Positions 40,327-53,643 of a stretch of DNA of 64,000 nt are shown piece after piece. The position numbers were made by a program, and so were the translations under genes. Source of the DNA: Octopus vulgaris (taxonomy: Eukaryota). The DNA is taken from the NCBI GenBank assembly GCA_951406725.2, contig OX597833.1, positions 68,138,001 to 68,202,000 of the forward strand, given 5' to 3'. Numbering within the stretch: position 1 is the first letter of the stretch; each line of letters starts with the position of its first letter. The notes below the pieces were generated by a model. The model saw nothing but the letters and a program-made list of their open reading frames with translations, had not been told where the DNA came from and searched no databases.

Positions 40327-42602
40327 GTAATAGTAATATTATTATTTGTCTCAATTTTTGTTTTTTCCCTGCTGTTGTTTTTGTTATTTCTCTCTTGTCT
40401 ATTTTATATTTTTATATTACTCAGCAGCTGATTTCAAATTACATCTGCAATATATCCATTGAACATTCTCTGTGCTTTGTATGATATAATACTAAAGCCA
40501 ATAATCAATATGTTTGATTATTTCTTTCAAATAGCTTTTCTAATCAAAATATTGAGCATGAACGGGAGACGCCATATTTGTGTTTATTTTTATGGTCCAA
40601 CCATTGTTTTGCGTTTGTTTCAACGTGCTTACTAATTTGTAGAATATATAAAAATTGATTCTCAGCGCTATAGATCAGCTCGCATTTGGAAACGATTTCC
40701 CATAGAATCCGTGAGAAAATCTATAGTGTCGAGTCCCATAAACTATTTATTCTTTGCTCGCCATCTATTGTGTTGTATCTCCAGCAAATCAGTTACAGGC
40801 ACTCTCCACAACTCCTCTTCCAACCCACAAACGCTGGAATGAGATGAGACATCGAGCAGGCTTCAGCACATGCAACCCACCAGCTAAAATCAACAGTCAA
40901 ATTTCAATCAGTGTAGATGATAGTGTTTGCCTGATACTTTTCTCCAAGGAAGTTCAAATTCAATAGCGTGTCTTCTGGACACACTATCTTTGAAAACCGA
41001 CAGATGGATATCTTTCCTTCTATACCTGAGAGCTTGTGACTTGAAGCTAAACAACATTAAATCCAGAATGTTTAACGTAGGCTATTGCTTATCAAATCAA
41101 TAATTAGATACACCGACTAAGCGGTTTTAAGGTATACTAATCCTGCTGCAAGTTGTCGCCTTGGGTAAGCGTCTTCACGTATAGCACCCGGTCGACGACG
41201 GATCTATGTACCTAAGTTTGTAATTGGATGATTTACAGAAACCACACATTGAGAACGTTTTTATATTGTTTTACCCTCCACAGTTAACCAGTAGCCATGT
41301 TTAAAGCCATGCATGTTTCTTTGATGTTTGAATTCTACTCAAACTATACGTGTACTGTCTTCTACCTGTAGGAATTTCTCTCCTTTTTCTCCCATCATTC
41401 TCTTCGAACAATTGTTTGGATCTTAACATAAGTTAGTGTTCAAATATTGTCTACCTTTCTGAAATATGTGCACAATTATGCGGCTTGTCACCTCTCATAT
41501 ATTCTTTAACAAAAGAGACCTCCATTTCATCTTATGACAACCATGTGAGCTCACATATTTTCCCCCTGTACGCTAGTGGCAAAACAGGTGAATATCAGCA
41601 AGCGCACAGCTGATGTAAAACACTCTTAAGATTTTTGAAAAATCATATTTCTCCGCTAACGAACATATTTACGAAAGGAATGTATAACTGTAATTTTGTG
41701 CTAACTTTCAAAAACTAAATTTCTTTAAGCGACATTTTTCTTATTCTAATGGTAGAAGGGTGGGATTGATATTGTCATGACTTACATGTTCTGACAGGAG
41801 GAGGCTCTTCCTGAAGCATCCGAGTTAATTGTATACTTCTGAAGCTTACATTCCAAATGCTTGTAATACAATAAGGTTCTCCAAAACATTCAAATGGAGA
41901 GGCAATGATTTTATAGGCACAAAGTGGTTGATTCTAATTAGTGTGTGAGTGAGGGCGATATGATTTCGAATATTTGCTCGAAACGAAGCGGCGAAGAATC
42001 AGAATTATTTTCGTAACGGACAAAAAGTTTAGCAGTATTCTTTCCGGTTCTTTTTATGTTCAGAGTTTAAATTCTCTCTTGGTTTTTATCCTGAGTTGAT
42101 AGAGTAAATACCGGGTGAAGACTAGGATTACTGTGATAGATTAAGACATCAAGTTTCTGGCCTTGTAAACTCACTTTTAAACTCTTATTAGCACAAAATA
42201 ATACTTGTTTGGGGCGGGGTAACAATTAAATGGTGTAGATCGAGCTCTGAAATCATTTGGTATAACCGTAAGCGGATCGAAACGGGGACAAAACCTGTAG
42301 ACGCTATTTTAACGAAGAGAATAATAAGAAAAAAATAGTCTTTGAAACAGGCAACACATGTCACCTATTTCAAGATGACAATTTCTTGCCAAAAAACCTG
42401 CACAGATCCAATAATACTACACCTGAAAATGCTTAGGATAGGGGCTACTGGGTGACTTCAGTCTCATTTCTGACATCTTAAACCTCTTTCCGACTCCGAA
42501 AGAATAGTGTAAAGCTGATCACGGCAGCATTTGAAACTAAAGGACTAAATGTTAGTAAGCATTTTACTCGAGTCCTTAAACAATCAGTAAATTCACCGTT
42601 AT

Positions 42603-42604
<2 letters not shown>

Positions 42605-42668
<64 letters not shown>

Positions 42669-42723
42669 TCTATCATTATTATTATTTCTATCATTATTAT
42701 TATTTTTATTATTATTATTATTA

Positions 42724-42776
<53 letters not shown>

Positions 42777-42778
42777 TC

Positions 42779-42815
<37 letters not shown>

Positions 42816-42838
42816 TCTATTATTATTATTATTATTTC

Positions 42839-42881
<43 letters not shown>

Positions 42882-42975
42882 TCTATCATTATTATTTTAA
42901 TTATTATTATTATTAGTAGTAGTAGTAGTAGTAGTGGTAGTGGTAGTAGTAGTAGTAGTAGGAGGAGGAGGAGGA
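42605..42975. repeat. (ATT)n array with TTTCTA interruptions, grading into (AGT)n and (AGG)n
   Basis: Direct inspection. Confidence 0.92.
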
Positions 42976-43410
42976 GAGATTATGATGCTTCTCTTGGTTG
43001 CGAGAAAGCAGTAAAATAGGGAACATTGGAAGGATAAGTGCACAGCAGCATAGAGAAGAAAATACAAAAGAGAAAAGAAGCAACAATTTTCTTAGTTCGT
43101 AATCTAAGATGACTCAAGATACATCATTCTCTCACCATTTCTCTGTATTGTTGTTTCTTTCTTTCTTTCTCTCCCCCCCTCTCTCTCTCTCTCTCTACAC
43201 GTTGTTGAAGAAATCAATATGGAAGATTATGCCTTCTGACCGATCATCCATCAGACGTTGAAGAGGAGGAGAGCAAAATCGCATATTCGTTTATAACTCA
43301 ATAGATACACGTATCCAACGCACAACACATTATAAACATCGGTTTACTCCTTTTATAGGTTTTTATGATGTATAGACATACATACACATATATATATTAT
43401 TTATATATAT

Positions 43411-43460
<50 letters not shown>

Positions 43461-43662
43461 GGCATATGTGTTTGAGGGTGTGCATTGTGTGTGCACGTAT
43501 ATCAAAACTTACACATGATACACGAATCTATTATATACACAAAAGTATATATATATATATATATATATACATGCCCGTATAAAAATGTACACATGAATAT
43601 ATGTATATATGGATCCATCTATCTACCTATCTATCCATCTATATATATATATGCATACAGCC

Positions 43663-43700
<38 letters not shown>

Positions 43701-43845
43701 ACATGCATACATATATATATATGGGTATATATGTATATATGTATATATATATATAGAGATATGTATAATGTGTATATGTATATACATATACAGGTATACA
43801 TATATACATGTACATACATATATATATGTATATATGTATATTTGT

Positions 43846-43884
<39 letters not shown>

Positions 43885-44760
43885 TTTATGCATATATATA
43901 TACACATACACACATATATATACATTCATATATTCATGCATATATATATATATGAATGCATAAATCAAGGTTTAACACATCACGCTCGCAGGAAGCGCTA
44001 GAAACCTGATCAAAAGTTTTAGGGAATATAAATTTAGCGAACGATCCTTAACATGAATTCTAAATGTATCAGATTTCTATCCTTGTAAGCAATATAAAGC
44101 GATCGTAAAATGATAGTTATTCGCTTGTTGGCATATGCGTTTAATCTTCAAATGCTGAGCCGTTACCGATCGATTCTGGTCTTCTTACTCTCAATTAGGA
44201 AACTTATCTCGCTAAAACTGACATAGTATTATTGGATCATATACGATAGGCGATGAAAAAGGATTATTATTATTATTATTGTTGTTATTATTGAATAATA
44301 ACAATAGATCGCCAATCACCTATAGTGCAACATAAATCACTGTGCGTAGATGAAATGTAGAAACACAATACTGTACCGAAAAAAAGGAACACCACTGCAA
44401 ACAACAAAGAATCGACCTCGTACACACCTCACAAACAGAGGTGCAAGATTTGGTAGGTTAGAAGCTCGTATGAATTTATGGTGATAGTAATAACAATAAT
44501 AATAGTAATAACGATACCGACTTGTTTTTAGACAAACGAACGGATGCTTTGTGATCATAAAATTTAGAACTTGTAAGGTCTCGGGGATAAGACTTTAAAA
44601 AGGAGATCAACAAAATCATATAATAATAATATATAACATCTACCATGATCTGCTACTAAGGAGTAGCTAGATTCTTAAGAAAATAGCATTTCTTCCAAAA
44701 CAACATTCATGATCATAAAACGTCAATACAATAGACTTAGCGAATAGATTACGTATATAT

Positions 44761-44832
44761 ACGAAACCTAAGGTATGGTAATAAACAAAAGATATATACG
44801 AAACCTAAGGTATGGTAATAAACAAAAGATAT
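44761..44832. repeat. 37-bp tandem duplication
   Basis: ACGAAACCTAAGGTATGGTAATAAACAAAAGATAT twice (44761, 44798). Confidence 0.9.
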
Positions 44833-44869
44833 TTAAATTCTCATGATTTTTTTCGTTGTTGTTGTTTTT

Positions 44870-45245
44870 GTTGTTACAAACATGGTATTTCATGTTAATT
44901 TAATTAGTAGGGATTCTATCCTGAAGCTTGGAAACGTGTCTTTGGAAACTAAACGAATACAGGATGGCATAGGGATAATTATCAGCTTCGCGTTTCACAG
45001 TCTCTGCATCTTCCTGCATTGGTCCTCATATTTCATAGTTTTCTCAATGTGTTTGATATCCCCATTATTATACACTATTTCAAAGTCTATGATTTTACCC
45101 TGTATTTTGTGTCTTTGCCCCCTCTCCTCTCCTCCATCATATCTAGTCCCCATGTTCCAATAACATATTTAGTCTCTTAAAAAATCGTATAATTTTCTTT
45201 AATTTCCTTTGGCGACCATACCTTTTGCGTATGTTTACATCAGCT
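44870..45245 (-). mobile_element. R4/Dong-like LINE restriction-like endonuclease domain relic
   Basis: With frameshifts: KLYDF..LLEH..LDMM..KIIDF..DIKHIEKTMKYEDQCRKMQRL*NAKLIIIP, resembling 'ILWDF..IEHRRPDIVV..IIDIA..EKIEKYQDL..IQRLWN.KV.VIP'. Confidence 0.5.
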
Positions 45246-45293
45246 TTTCTTCACTTTCTATTCACTGAAATAGAAAGATATGATTATTAAGTT

Positions 45294-45510
45294 GGCGGGC
45301 TGGCAGAATCGGAAGCACGCCGGGCAAAATTCTTACCAGCATTTGGACCGTCTTTACATTCTGTGTTCAAATTCCGCCGAGGTCCACTTTGCCTACCATC
45401 ATTTCGGGGTTGATAGGTTAAATACGAATGAAACACTGGGGGTCGATATCATTAACTCGTACCCTCCCCTCCATTGAAGGCCTTGTGCCTGTAGTAGAAA
45501 GGGTTATTAT
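45294..45510 (+). mobile_element. SINE B (tail B2), diverged full length
   Basis: GGCGGGCTGGCAGAATCG..GTTCAAATTCCGCCGAGGTC..GGCCTTGTGCCTGTAGTAGAAAGG(TTA)n. Confidence 0.8.
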
Positions 45511-46420
45511 TGTTTACAGGGGTGGTGGTAGCTGCAATAGTAGTAGTGATATTAGTAGTTGAAGTATAAACTCTCTGCCATATTTTTCTCGTATTTTGAT
45601 CTTATGCTACAATCATAGCCATATGCTCTTGAAGCCAATAAAATTTATCGATATATTACCAATATGTTATAATTATTATATATTTTATTTCTCTCCTATA
45701 TGACTATTATGTGTTGTTACACTGTAATAAATTTGAAACTCATACAGTAAAAGCCCTGGATACATTGCAGTGTATGAGCGCGATTTATTACGCATCAGTG
45801 TAAAAACAAATGATATTTGCATGCCTTTGCATATAGATTATAGTGTAAAGGCATGCATATGGCAAATGAATATGTCTTGGAATTCTTGCGTGCTTGTGGG
45901 TTAATAATATCATTCTAGCAGAGTTTGGTAAGGGTTTGTGTTTAGGAGGGAAGTATTGATGTTGCTGCAATATCCATTGATGAATATCTTAAACTAGAAC
46001 TAAAGGTAAAACGCTTCAAGTGAGAATAATCAGAGGGAACATAACGAAAACCGATATAGTAGATATGCACTGTCGACCCAGAGGAGCAAACTGCCCGTAA
46101 GAGCTACAAAGAGAAAGGGAGAAATACTTGTCTGCAAGTGTTATCGTCTCGGGCTGATGAAACACAGACTTCGACTGAATTTGAAAGCACGAAATTGCCT
46201 CGAGATACGGAAGGAAACTAGCTACGCGTTCTATCCTCTTTTGCATTTCCCCTTGCAGTTGTGCCTCTCTGCGTATATATATGCGTTTGTACATACACAC
46301 GCACACGCATACACATACGCGTATATATGTATATATCCTTATACGCCAGTATGTGTACACGCGTATTTTAATGTATGTAAATTTCTCGATTTTCATTTCT
46401 TCCTCTATATATACATACGT

Positions 46421-46478
<58 letters not shown>

Positions 46479-46511
46479 ATATAGATAAAATACGTGAGTG
46501 TGCTTGTATGT

Positions 46512-46705
46512 ATGTTCTCCCCAACCATCTTTTGACAACAGATGGTGGCGTGTCTACGTCCGGGTGACATAGCGGTTCGGCAAAAGAGGCGATATATTAA
46601 GTACTAGGGTTACAATGAATAAGTGCTAGGGTCGATTTTTTCAGCTAAAGGTGGTGCTCCAGCATGGCCTCAGTCAAATGACTAAAACAAACAAAAGAAT
46701 AAAAG
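46512..46705 (+). mobile_element. SINE A 3' half
   Basis: TTGACAACAGATGG..AGCGGTTCGGCAAAAGAG..GGTGCTCCAGCATGGCCTCAGTCAAATGACT. Confidence 0.85.
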
Positions 46706-47106
46706 TATATATATATATAAGGTTACCCGGTTGGATTATTCGGAAAGTCGTCTTAAATTAGTCGGTTCATTGAAGATATCTACTCAAAACGAGAGCCACT
46801 TATTTGTTTCGATGTTGACATTGTGACGTTGTTTCACTTAATTCTCGTCTTCTTTTAATGTTATTATATCTATTTTTATTACTTTCATTGCTGTCTATTT
46901 GTGTTGCCAATTCTGTAGGTATTTTGCTCTGACTCTCACTCGCTCTGTGTCTCTATCTGTCTCTCTCTGTCTATCTATCTCCTTAACTTGCTTTATATCG
47001 CTCTTCCTATCTACTTGTCTGGCTAACTCACGACCTTATTCGATTCCTCTTATTTGTGAAGTTGATAAAAGCAATAGAGCAATCGATGAAGTACCATTTT
47101 GATAAA

Positions 47107-47154
<48 letters not shown>

Positions 47155-47634
47155 CATACGCTCACGTAGTTACGCACACTCATATTTACGCATACAGATA
47201 GGTAAAAAATAAAACTATCTTTGTGTGTGAGTATAGTTAGATAGATAGATAACAACTTAAGTTTTCTGATAGTACAATTTATAGTTAGGACAGCAAAAAT
47301 CTAAGTGGACTTTTCCAATGATCATTCTGTGGTGCATTTTTGTATTTGTGTGTGTATTTGTGTTATATTCCTGCATTTCTCCCTCTCATTGTTATTGATA
47401 GTAAGTCTAATATAAATTACAGAACTCAAGATATGGGAGTTGATTTTGTTCTTGATTTTACCACTGTTCGTTTTCACTGAATACCCCTAACCGCACAGAA
47501 ATTCATGGAGTTGACTTATGATGGAATGCAATTCTAACATTAAACTATTGCCCTTTTCTCCACATACGGTGTATCTTGACCCGCATAATTCAATCCCAAT
47601 AACTGGATAGCTCAGAATTAATTGGGTTGATAAG

Positions 47635-48031
47635 CTCTTTTATCTTTTACTTGTTTCACTCATTAGATTGCGGCCATGCTGTAGCGCTGCCTTGAAAAAG
47701 TTTTACGCGAGCGGAGCTCGTTATTTTTTAAAGGTCGGTACTATTCTGTCGGTCGCATTCTGTCGTACATATTCTATCGGTCGCCAAGATACAGGGACGT
47801 GAACACACCAACACTGGTTAGCAAGTGGTGGTTGTGTGCGGGGAGTTATACACAGGCACAACCCTGCCACCACCACCACTACCACACACATGTAAACAAC
47901 ATGCTACTTTGTTTCCTTCTACCAAATGCACTCACAAAGATTTAGTCTGACAGAGGCTGTAGGAGACACTTGCCCAAGATGTCAAGTATTGGGACCGAAC
48001 CCGGAACCATGTGGTTGGGAAACAAACTTCT
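47635..48031 (-). mobile_element. Diverged SINE A
   Basis: Reverse complement of tail (CTTTTACTTGTTTCA..GCGGCCATGCTG) and head (GACACTTGCCCAAG..GAACCCGGAACCATGTGGTTG). Confidence 0.8.
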
Positions 48032-48118
48032 TGTATCTTTTTCTAATTAGTGATTACAACAAACTGTTGTTTGTTCTCAAGTTCAACCTCTTCGTGCAGA
48101 CATTTTATGCTAACCTAC

Positions 48119-48355
48119 ATATTTCTTTACTAACCACAAAGGGCTAAACATACAGAGAACAAACAAGGAGAGATAAACGGATTAAGTCGATTACATCGAC
48201 CCAGTGCGTAACTGGTACTTATTTAATCGACCCCGAAAGGATGAAACGCAAAGTCGACCTCGGCGGAATTTGAACTCAGAACGTAACGGCAGACGAAATA
48301 CCGCTAAGAATTTCGCCCGGCGTGCTAACGATTCTGCCAGCTCGCCGCCTTATCC
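48119..48355 (-). mobile_element. Full-length SINE B1 with 16-bp TSD
   Basis: TTTTATGCTAACCTAC at 48103-48118 and 48356-48371. Confidence 0.92.
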
Positions 48356-48854
48356 TTTTATGCTAACCTACCACCTCTACAATCCCTTTTCATTTATAAA
48401 TACATCAAGGACTTCACGATACATACGTTTCTACTTTCATGATGTTATTTATCCTAAGGCCGATACTCATCCAACAGAATCATTAATTTAGGCAGCGTTT
48501 CTCAACCGATGTCCATTCGACTCTTGGGGTCTCCATTAAGATTTTGTAAACCTTTATGAGCAACAAATTTGTTCCATAGGATTTGATTTCAAAGTATTCC
48601 ACAGAATTTGATTTCAAAGTAATTCAAGCGCTTTGATTTTATCGTGTTTGATCGGCTTTTGTTTCAACGTGTTCCATATGCTTTTATTTCAAAATATTTC
48701 TTACGCTTTGATTTCCAGTCGAGAAACACTGATATAAGGCATTCTACTCCCGAATATTCAGTGTTTCTCTTATATAAACAAAATCCAGTTTCACGCTCTC
48801 CAACGGTTCTAGTTGATCTAAAACAGCGTTGGGCGTTACGTGGATGACGTAATT

Positions 48855-48947
48855 ATGGTGCGGTACATCATTCTTCTTCCATAGTGTGGTTCCATAGTGC
48901 GGTACCATAGTGTGGTACATCATTCTTCTACGATAGTGTGGTACCAT
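48855..48947. repeat. Short tandem of CCATAGTGTGGTA-like units
   Basis: Direct inspection; GGTACATCATTCTTCT also occurs twice. Confidence 0.7.
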
Positions 48948-49194
48948 TTGAGGGAGCGAGAGATTTAGTGGCCCTATCTAGCATGTCGAAGGAGCAAGTA
49001 AAAGTTTCTTCGGTGCTGGAATATGTCGAAATTGGATCACAGGTAGCAACCTGTGAAATGTAGTATCAGTGTGATGTTGACATAAAACAGAAGTTTCACC
49101 AAAGAAAGTATAACTTTTTGATCGGCAGACTTGTCAAGTTTTATCAATGCTTTCAACAGTATACACACAGACACACACACACACACACAAGCAC

Positions 49195-49229
<35 letters not shown>

Positions 49230-49737
49230 CATACATACGCACGGAGGCACAATGGTATATATAATGTTTGTGTGTGTATGTGTGTGGGGATTTAACGACT
49301 GACTATAAAGAGTATAACAACTTCACTGGCTTGAAGATTACGTACTTTCTTTTCTCCCTCACGCTCTCTCTCTCTCTCTCTCTCCTCTCTCTGCTGCCAT
49401 CTCATGTCTCACCAAAAACAATGGAACCATTTTAAATAAATTTATTCCCCAAGTAAAGAATCTTTCCAACTCACAAATCATCAGATTACAAACAGAGCAT
49501 TTTTTGAAGGTCAAACCACTTAACTACGTTAAGTGTTTCTCCATACGCCATTTCCCTTATCCACACACACACATACACACATACCCATACATACACAGAC
49601 ATGCTACTACATTCCACTTGCTTACATAGATATGTATACACTCGCGGATATAAGTAGTTAGATCTGTGCGCACTCGAGTGTATGTAAATATGTAAACTTC
49701 CATGTTTCCGACTGCGAATACCTGAGTACGTTTGTCC

Positions 49738-49780
<43 letters not shown>

Positions 49781-49961
49781 TGCACACACACACACACACA
49801 TATATATATATACATATATATATATGTATGTGTGTGTGTGTATGTATATATATGTATATATATATGTGTGTGTATATATGTATATGTATATATATATGTG
49901 TGTGTGTATATATGTATATATATATATATAATGTGACAATTAGGTGGTTGTCAGAATAATA

Positions 49962-50123
49962 GTCAGAGGTGGGAGAATCGTTAGCACGCCGGGCAAAATG
50001 CTTAGCGGTACCTAAGCATTTCCTAAGTACCTAAGTACCTGTTATGTACTGGGGTCGATCTAATCGACTGGCTCCACCTCCCAAAAATTTCGGTTCTCGT
50101 GCTTCTAGTAGAAATGATTATTA
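49962..50123 (+). mobile_element. SINE B2 with rearranged centre
   Basis: Head to ATGCTTAGCGGTA, then filler sequence, then GTACTGGGGTCGATCTAATCGACTGG..tail B2. Confidence 0.8.
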
Positions 50124-50140
50124 TAACATTAGTAGGGAAA

Positions 50141-50437
50141 ACACGTGGGTCGATGGTAAGGGTTATTTGGCCCACACTCGTAAGGTCGTGAGTTCGATTC
50201 CCAGTGAATCATTGTGTTCTTCAGCAAGTCCATTTATCTTATGTTGCTGATAAAATGAATTGTGGCTGTAATTGAAATGGCCACCCTCGTCACGCTCTGT
50301 ATCACCCTGAATCTCCCTTAGAACTACGTTAAAGCTAAGTGTATCTGAAAACTGCTCAGCTAGTTGCACGTTAATTTGGCGATCAGGCTTTTCTGTTGAT
50401 CGGATCAAGTAGAATCCTCGTCGCAACCGACGGAGTG
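50141..50437 (+). mobile_element. tRNA-SINE with CORE-like body and a distinct tail
   Basis: B box GAGTTCGATTCCC, TTGTGTTCTTCAGCAAG body like family C, tail ...GATCGGATCAA..CGCAACCGACGGAGTG. Confidence 0.6.
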
Positions 50438-50574
50438 ATAAATGAGGGCGGTACTTCATGAGGATATTATGAAACCACATTTCCTATTAATAACTGCATG
50501 GAGAAAAAAAGCCAAACTAGTTATTTAATGAGAAACACGCATGTTCGGTTCTCTTGAAACTAAAATATATTTCA

Positions 50575-50983
50575 CGCAGGAGTGGCTGTGTGGTAAGTAG
50601 CTTGCTAAACAACCACATGGTTCCGGGTTCAGTCCCACTGCGTGGCATCTTGGGAAAGTGTCTTCTGCTATAGCCCCGGGCCGACCAATGCTTTGTGAGT
50701 AGATTTGGTAGACGGAAACTGAAAGAAGCCTGTCGTATATATGTAGATATATATATGTGGATGTGTGTGTGTTTGTGTGTCTGTGTTTGTCCCCCTAGCA
50801 TTGCTTGACAACCGATGCTGGTGCGTTTACGTCCCCGTCACTTAGCGGTTCGGCAAAAGAGACCGATATAATAAGTACTGGGCTTACAAAGAATAAGTCC
50901 CGGGGTCGATTTGCTCGACTAAAAGGCGGTGCTCCAGCATGGCCGCAGTCAAATGACTGAAACAAGTAAAAGAGTAAAAAGAG
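50575..50983 (+). mobile_element. SINE family A, full length
   Basis: Very similar to 1766-2169. Confidence 0.93.
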
Positions 50984-51213
50984 AAGGGGCAAAACCTACG
51001 TCGCGCCTCTTCAATGACGTTCCTTTTGCAGGTCTATTACATCGCAGAATGTTAAAACTAATTGCTTAAGAATGCTTGGAAATATTACAGTAAATTCGCT
51101 ATTAAACCTGAAAAGTGATATTTCAATTGCCGTACGAGACAACTGGCTGTAAACATTATTAGATTTGCCATTTAGAATGATAGAATTACGTGTTTCATCC
51201 TGAGAATCGCTCC

Positions 51214-51285
51214 GGGAGGGTTGTTCTCATCGGTAACACGGCTGCCGATTCTGCAGCAGGTTCGTGGTTCAACTCTGCTTGCATG
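51214..51285 (+). other. tRNA-like fragment (SINE head or tRNA pseudogene)
   Basis: A-box-like TGTTCTCATCGG, stem GCTGC/GCAGC with 7-nt loop (51241-51257), B box GGTTCAACTC; acceptor stem not evident. Confidence 0.35.
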
Positions 51286-51569
51286 AACGTATTTTCTGCG
51301 GTTCTGTACCGGGAAGGCTAGTGGGCTGAAACCACAAAGTCACTGTTTCCCCTCCTCTTGTAAATGTTCAATAAATATGGACTTTTGTAAAAAAAAGTAT
51401 TATAGAGTTCTTAAGTGTAATGGTAAATTCCTTTTAGCATAGCTACACATAAAACAAACGTTTTTACATATATACTTACACACACACAAACATACCCACA
51501 TACACACCTATATGTGTATGTATGTGTGTGTATATGAGAATACGTATATGTATGCATATACATACATAT

Positions 51570-51614
<45 letters not shown>

Positions 51615-51617
<3 letters not shown>

Positions 51618-51704
51618 CTTCTTCCATTTTCCTGAGCGCCTAATAATAATAATACTGTAATTGTTCCACGTGTTGTTGTTTTTTCTGTTTTCCCGTTTGG
51701 ATTA

Positions 51705-51708
<4 letters not shown>
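51615..51708 (+). mobile_element. 3' fragment of element D2 between (TA)n tracts
   Basis: TTTCCTGAGCG..AATACT..TTGTTCCA..GTTTGGATTAAC matches the 3' half of 36938-37136; ribozyme part missing. Confidence 0.65.
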
Positions 51709-51767
<59 letters not shown>

Positions 51768-51904
51768 TCAGATGAATTAGGTACTTAAGTTGAAGCACCA
51801 GAATTTAGTACGTTAATATCCATAAATCACCTTATATATATATATGTGTATGCATATATATATTTATGTATATATATATATATATGTGTATGCATATATA
51901 TATT

Positions 51905-51939
<35 letters not shown>

Positions 51940-52751
51940 GTATGTATATATATATATGTATGTATATATATATACGCACGCACACACATACGTAAATTAA
52001 CATAAACAACCATGGTCAGTGTGTTACTATATTACCAAGAAGGAAAACTATAATAAACCCTAAATGTGTCTAAGTATTTTAAAACACCTACATTGCTAGA
52101 AATAAGAGCTAAAATGTTCTAATGCTGTAGTTAAAACACATAATTGTATAGAGATATGCTAACAGGGACTGTAATACCCATACACAAACCCGCAAATACC
52201 TACTTCGAGGATGTTGCAAGTGCATGAGAGTGGGGGTGGGTAAATAAATATGTATTTTTTATACCAAAAATGTCCATCAGTTAGTTTATATTATAATTAT
52301 AACAGATTTCAACTACAATTTAATATATGTTAGCGAGAATAAAAAGAAAAAAAATCACTGTGACATTTGTGGAACTTAATTAGCATGGGTTAGTAATTTG
52401 CAATTATGTTGTGTATTGAGGAACAGCACTTCCGCTTTTTTAACGGCCATGTAGTTGATCCCCGTTGAATGAAATGAAATATGTAGCCTTGACATTTTAA
52501 TTAATACATTTTTAAGTATGCTAATGCCTGGATTTCAATTTAGAATTTTGTATTGGAGTGCAACTGTATTGACATGCATGCAAACGCAAATATAAACATA
52601 TATATTGCTACAACATATGTGTGAGTGTTTGTGTGTGAGTGTTCGCGTATTAAATTCTATCAGTTGAATTTCCGTTAACGAAATAGTTTTAGGCGCCACT
52701 TCAGATTTTACATTATAATTAAGGCCCCCACTGTCTCAAACCTATCAGTGA

Positions 52752-52913
<162 letters not shown>

Positions 52914-53417
52914 GTGTTTTTGTAGACACAGTTACACGCATATATGTAAAATGCATATATAGGACTCGATATTAATTAAAAATATCTACATAAATATCTG
53001 ATCAAACACACACACATATACTACATGTGTTAATTAATGCAGTGTGTAATTATCCTGGGAACGTTTCAACCCATTTCACCACTAATGTGTCTATCTATAT
53101 TCGTGTCTTCAAAATAATAATTCTCTAGCCTTATTTAATATTTCTCTGACCAAAGTCGGCGAGATGGCAGAATCGATGGCACGCCGGGCAGAAAGGTACT
53201 GAAACAGAGGTAGTAAAACTGCGTCAGAGCTCTGGTCGTAGTTGGTGCGACGAAATTTTCGATACGAAACAATACATGTTAACGTGGAATAAATAGTCCT
53301 TGGGTGTTTTTGAATGGCTAATACCTGTGTTCCACTCTGTAATTGTTTCAACACATGCTCTCACCTCAAGCTCAATTGCTAGGAAAGCATACCTCGGATA
53401 CACCTCCAACATCCCGT

Positions 53418-53453
<36 letters not shown>

Positions 53454-53454
<1 letters not shown>

Positions 53455-53640
53455 GGCTCAGTGGTTAGAGCGTCGAGCATACGATCGTGAGGTTGTGAGC
53501 TCGAATCCCGGACCGGGCTGCGTGTTGTGTACTTGAGCAAGACACTCTATTTCACGTCGCTCCAGTTAACTCATCTATAGAAATGAGTTGTGATGTCACT
53601 GGTGCCAATCTGTATCGGCCTTTGCCTTTCCCTTGGATAA
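53454..53640 (+). mobile_element. tRNA-SINE family C, 5' part
   Basis: A box TGGCTCAGTGG, B box AGCTCGAATCC, CORE-like GTGTTGTGTACTTGAGCAAGACACT..CTCCAGTTAACTCATCTATAGAAATGAGT. Confidence 0.8.
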
Positions 53641-53643
53641 AAT

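Noticed and set aside
39560-40431. Long YI/YT-repeat ORFs (also 5383-6093, 18312-18977, 55061-55614)
   Set aside because: (TA)n/(TG)n artefacts.
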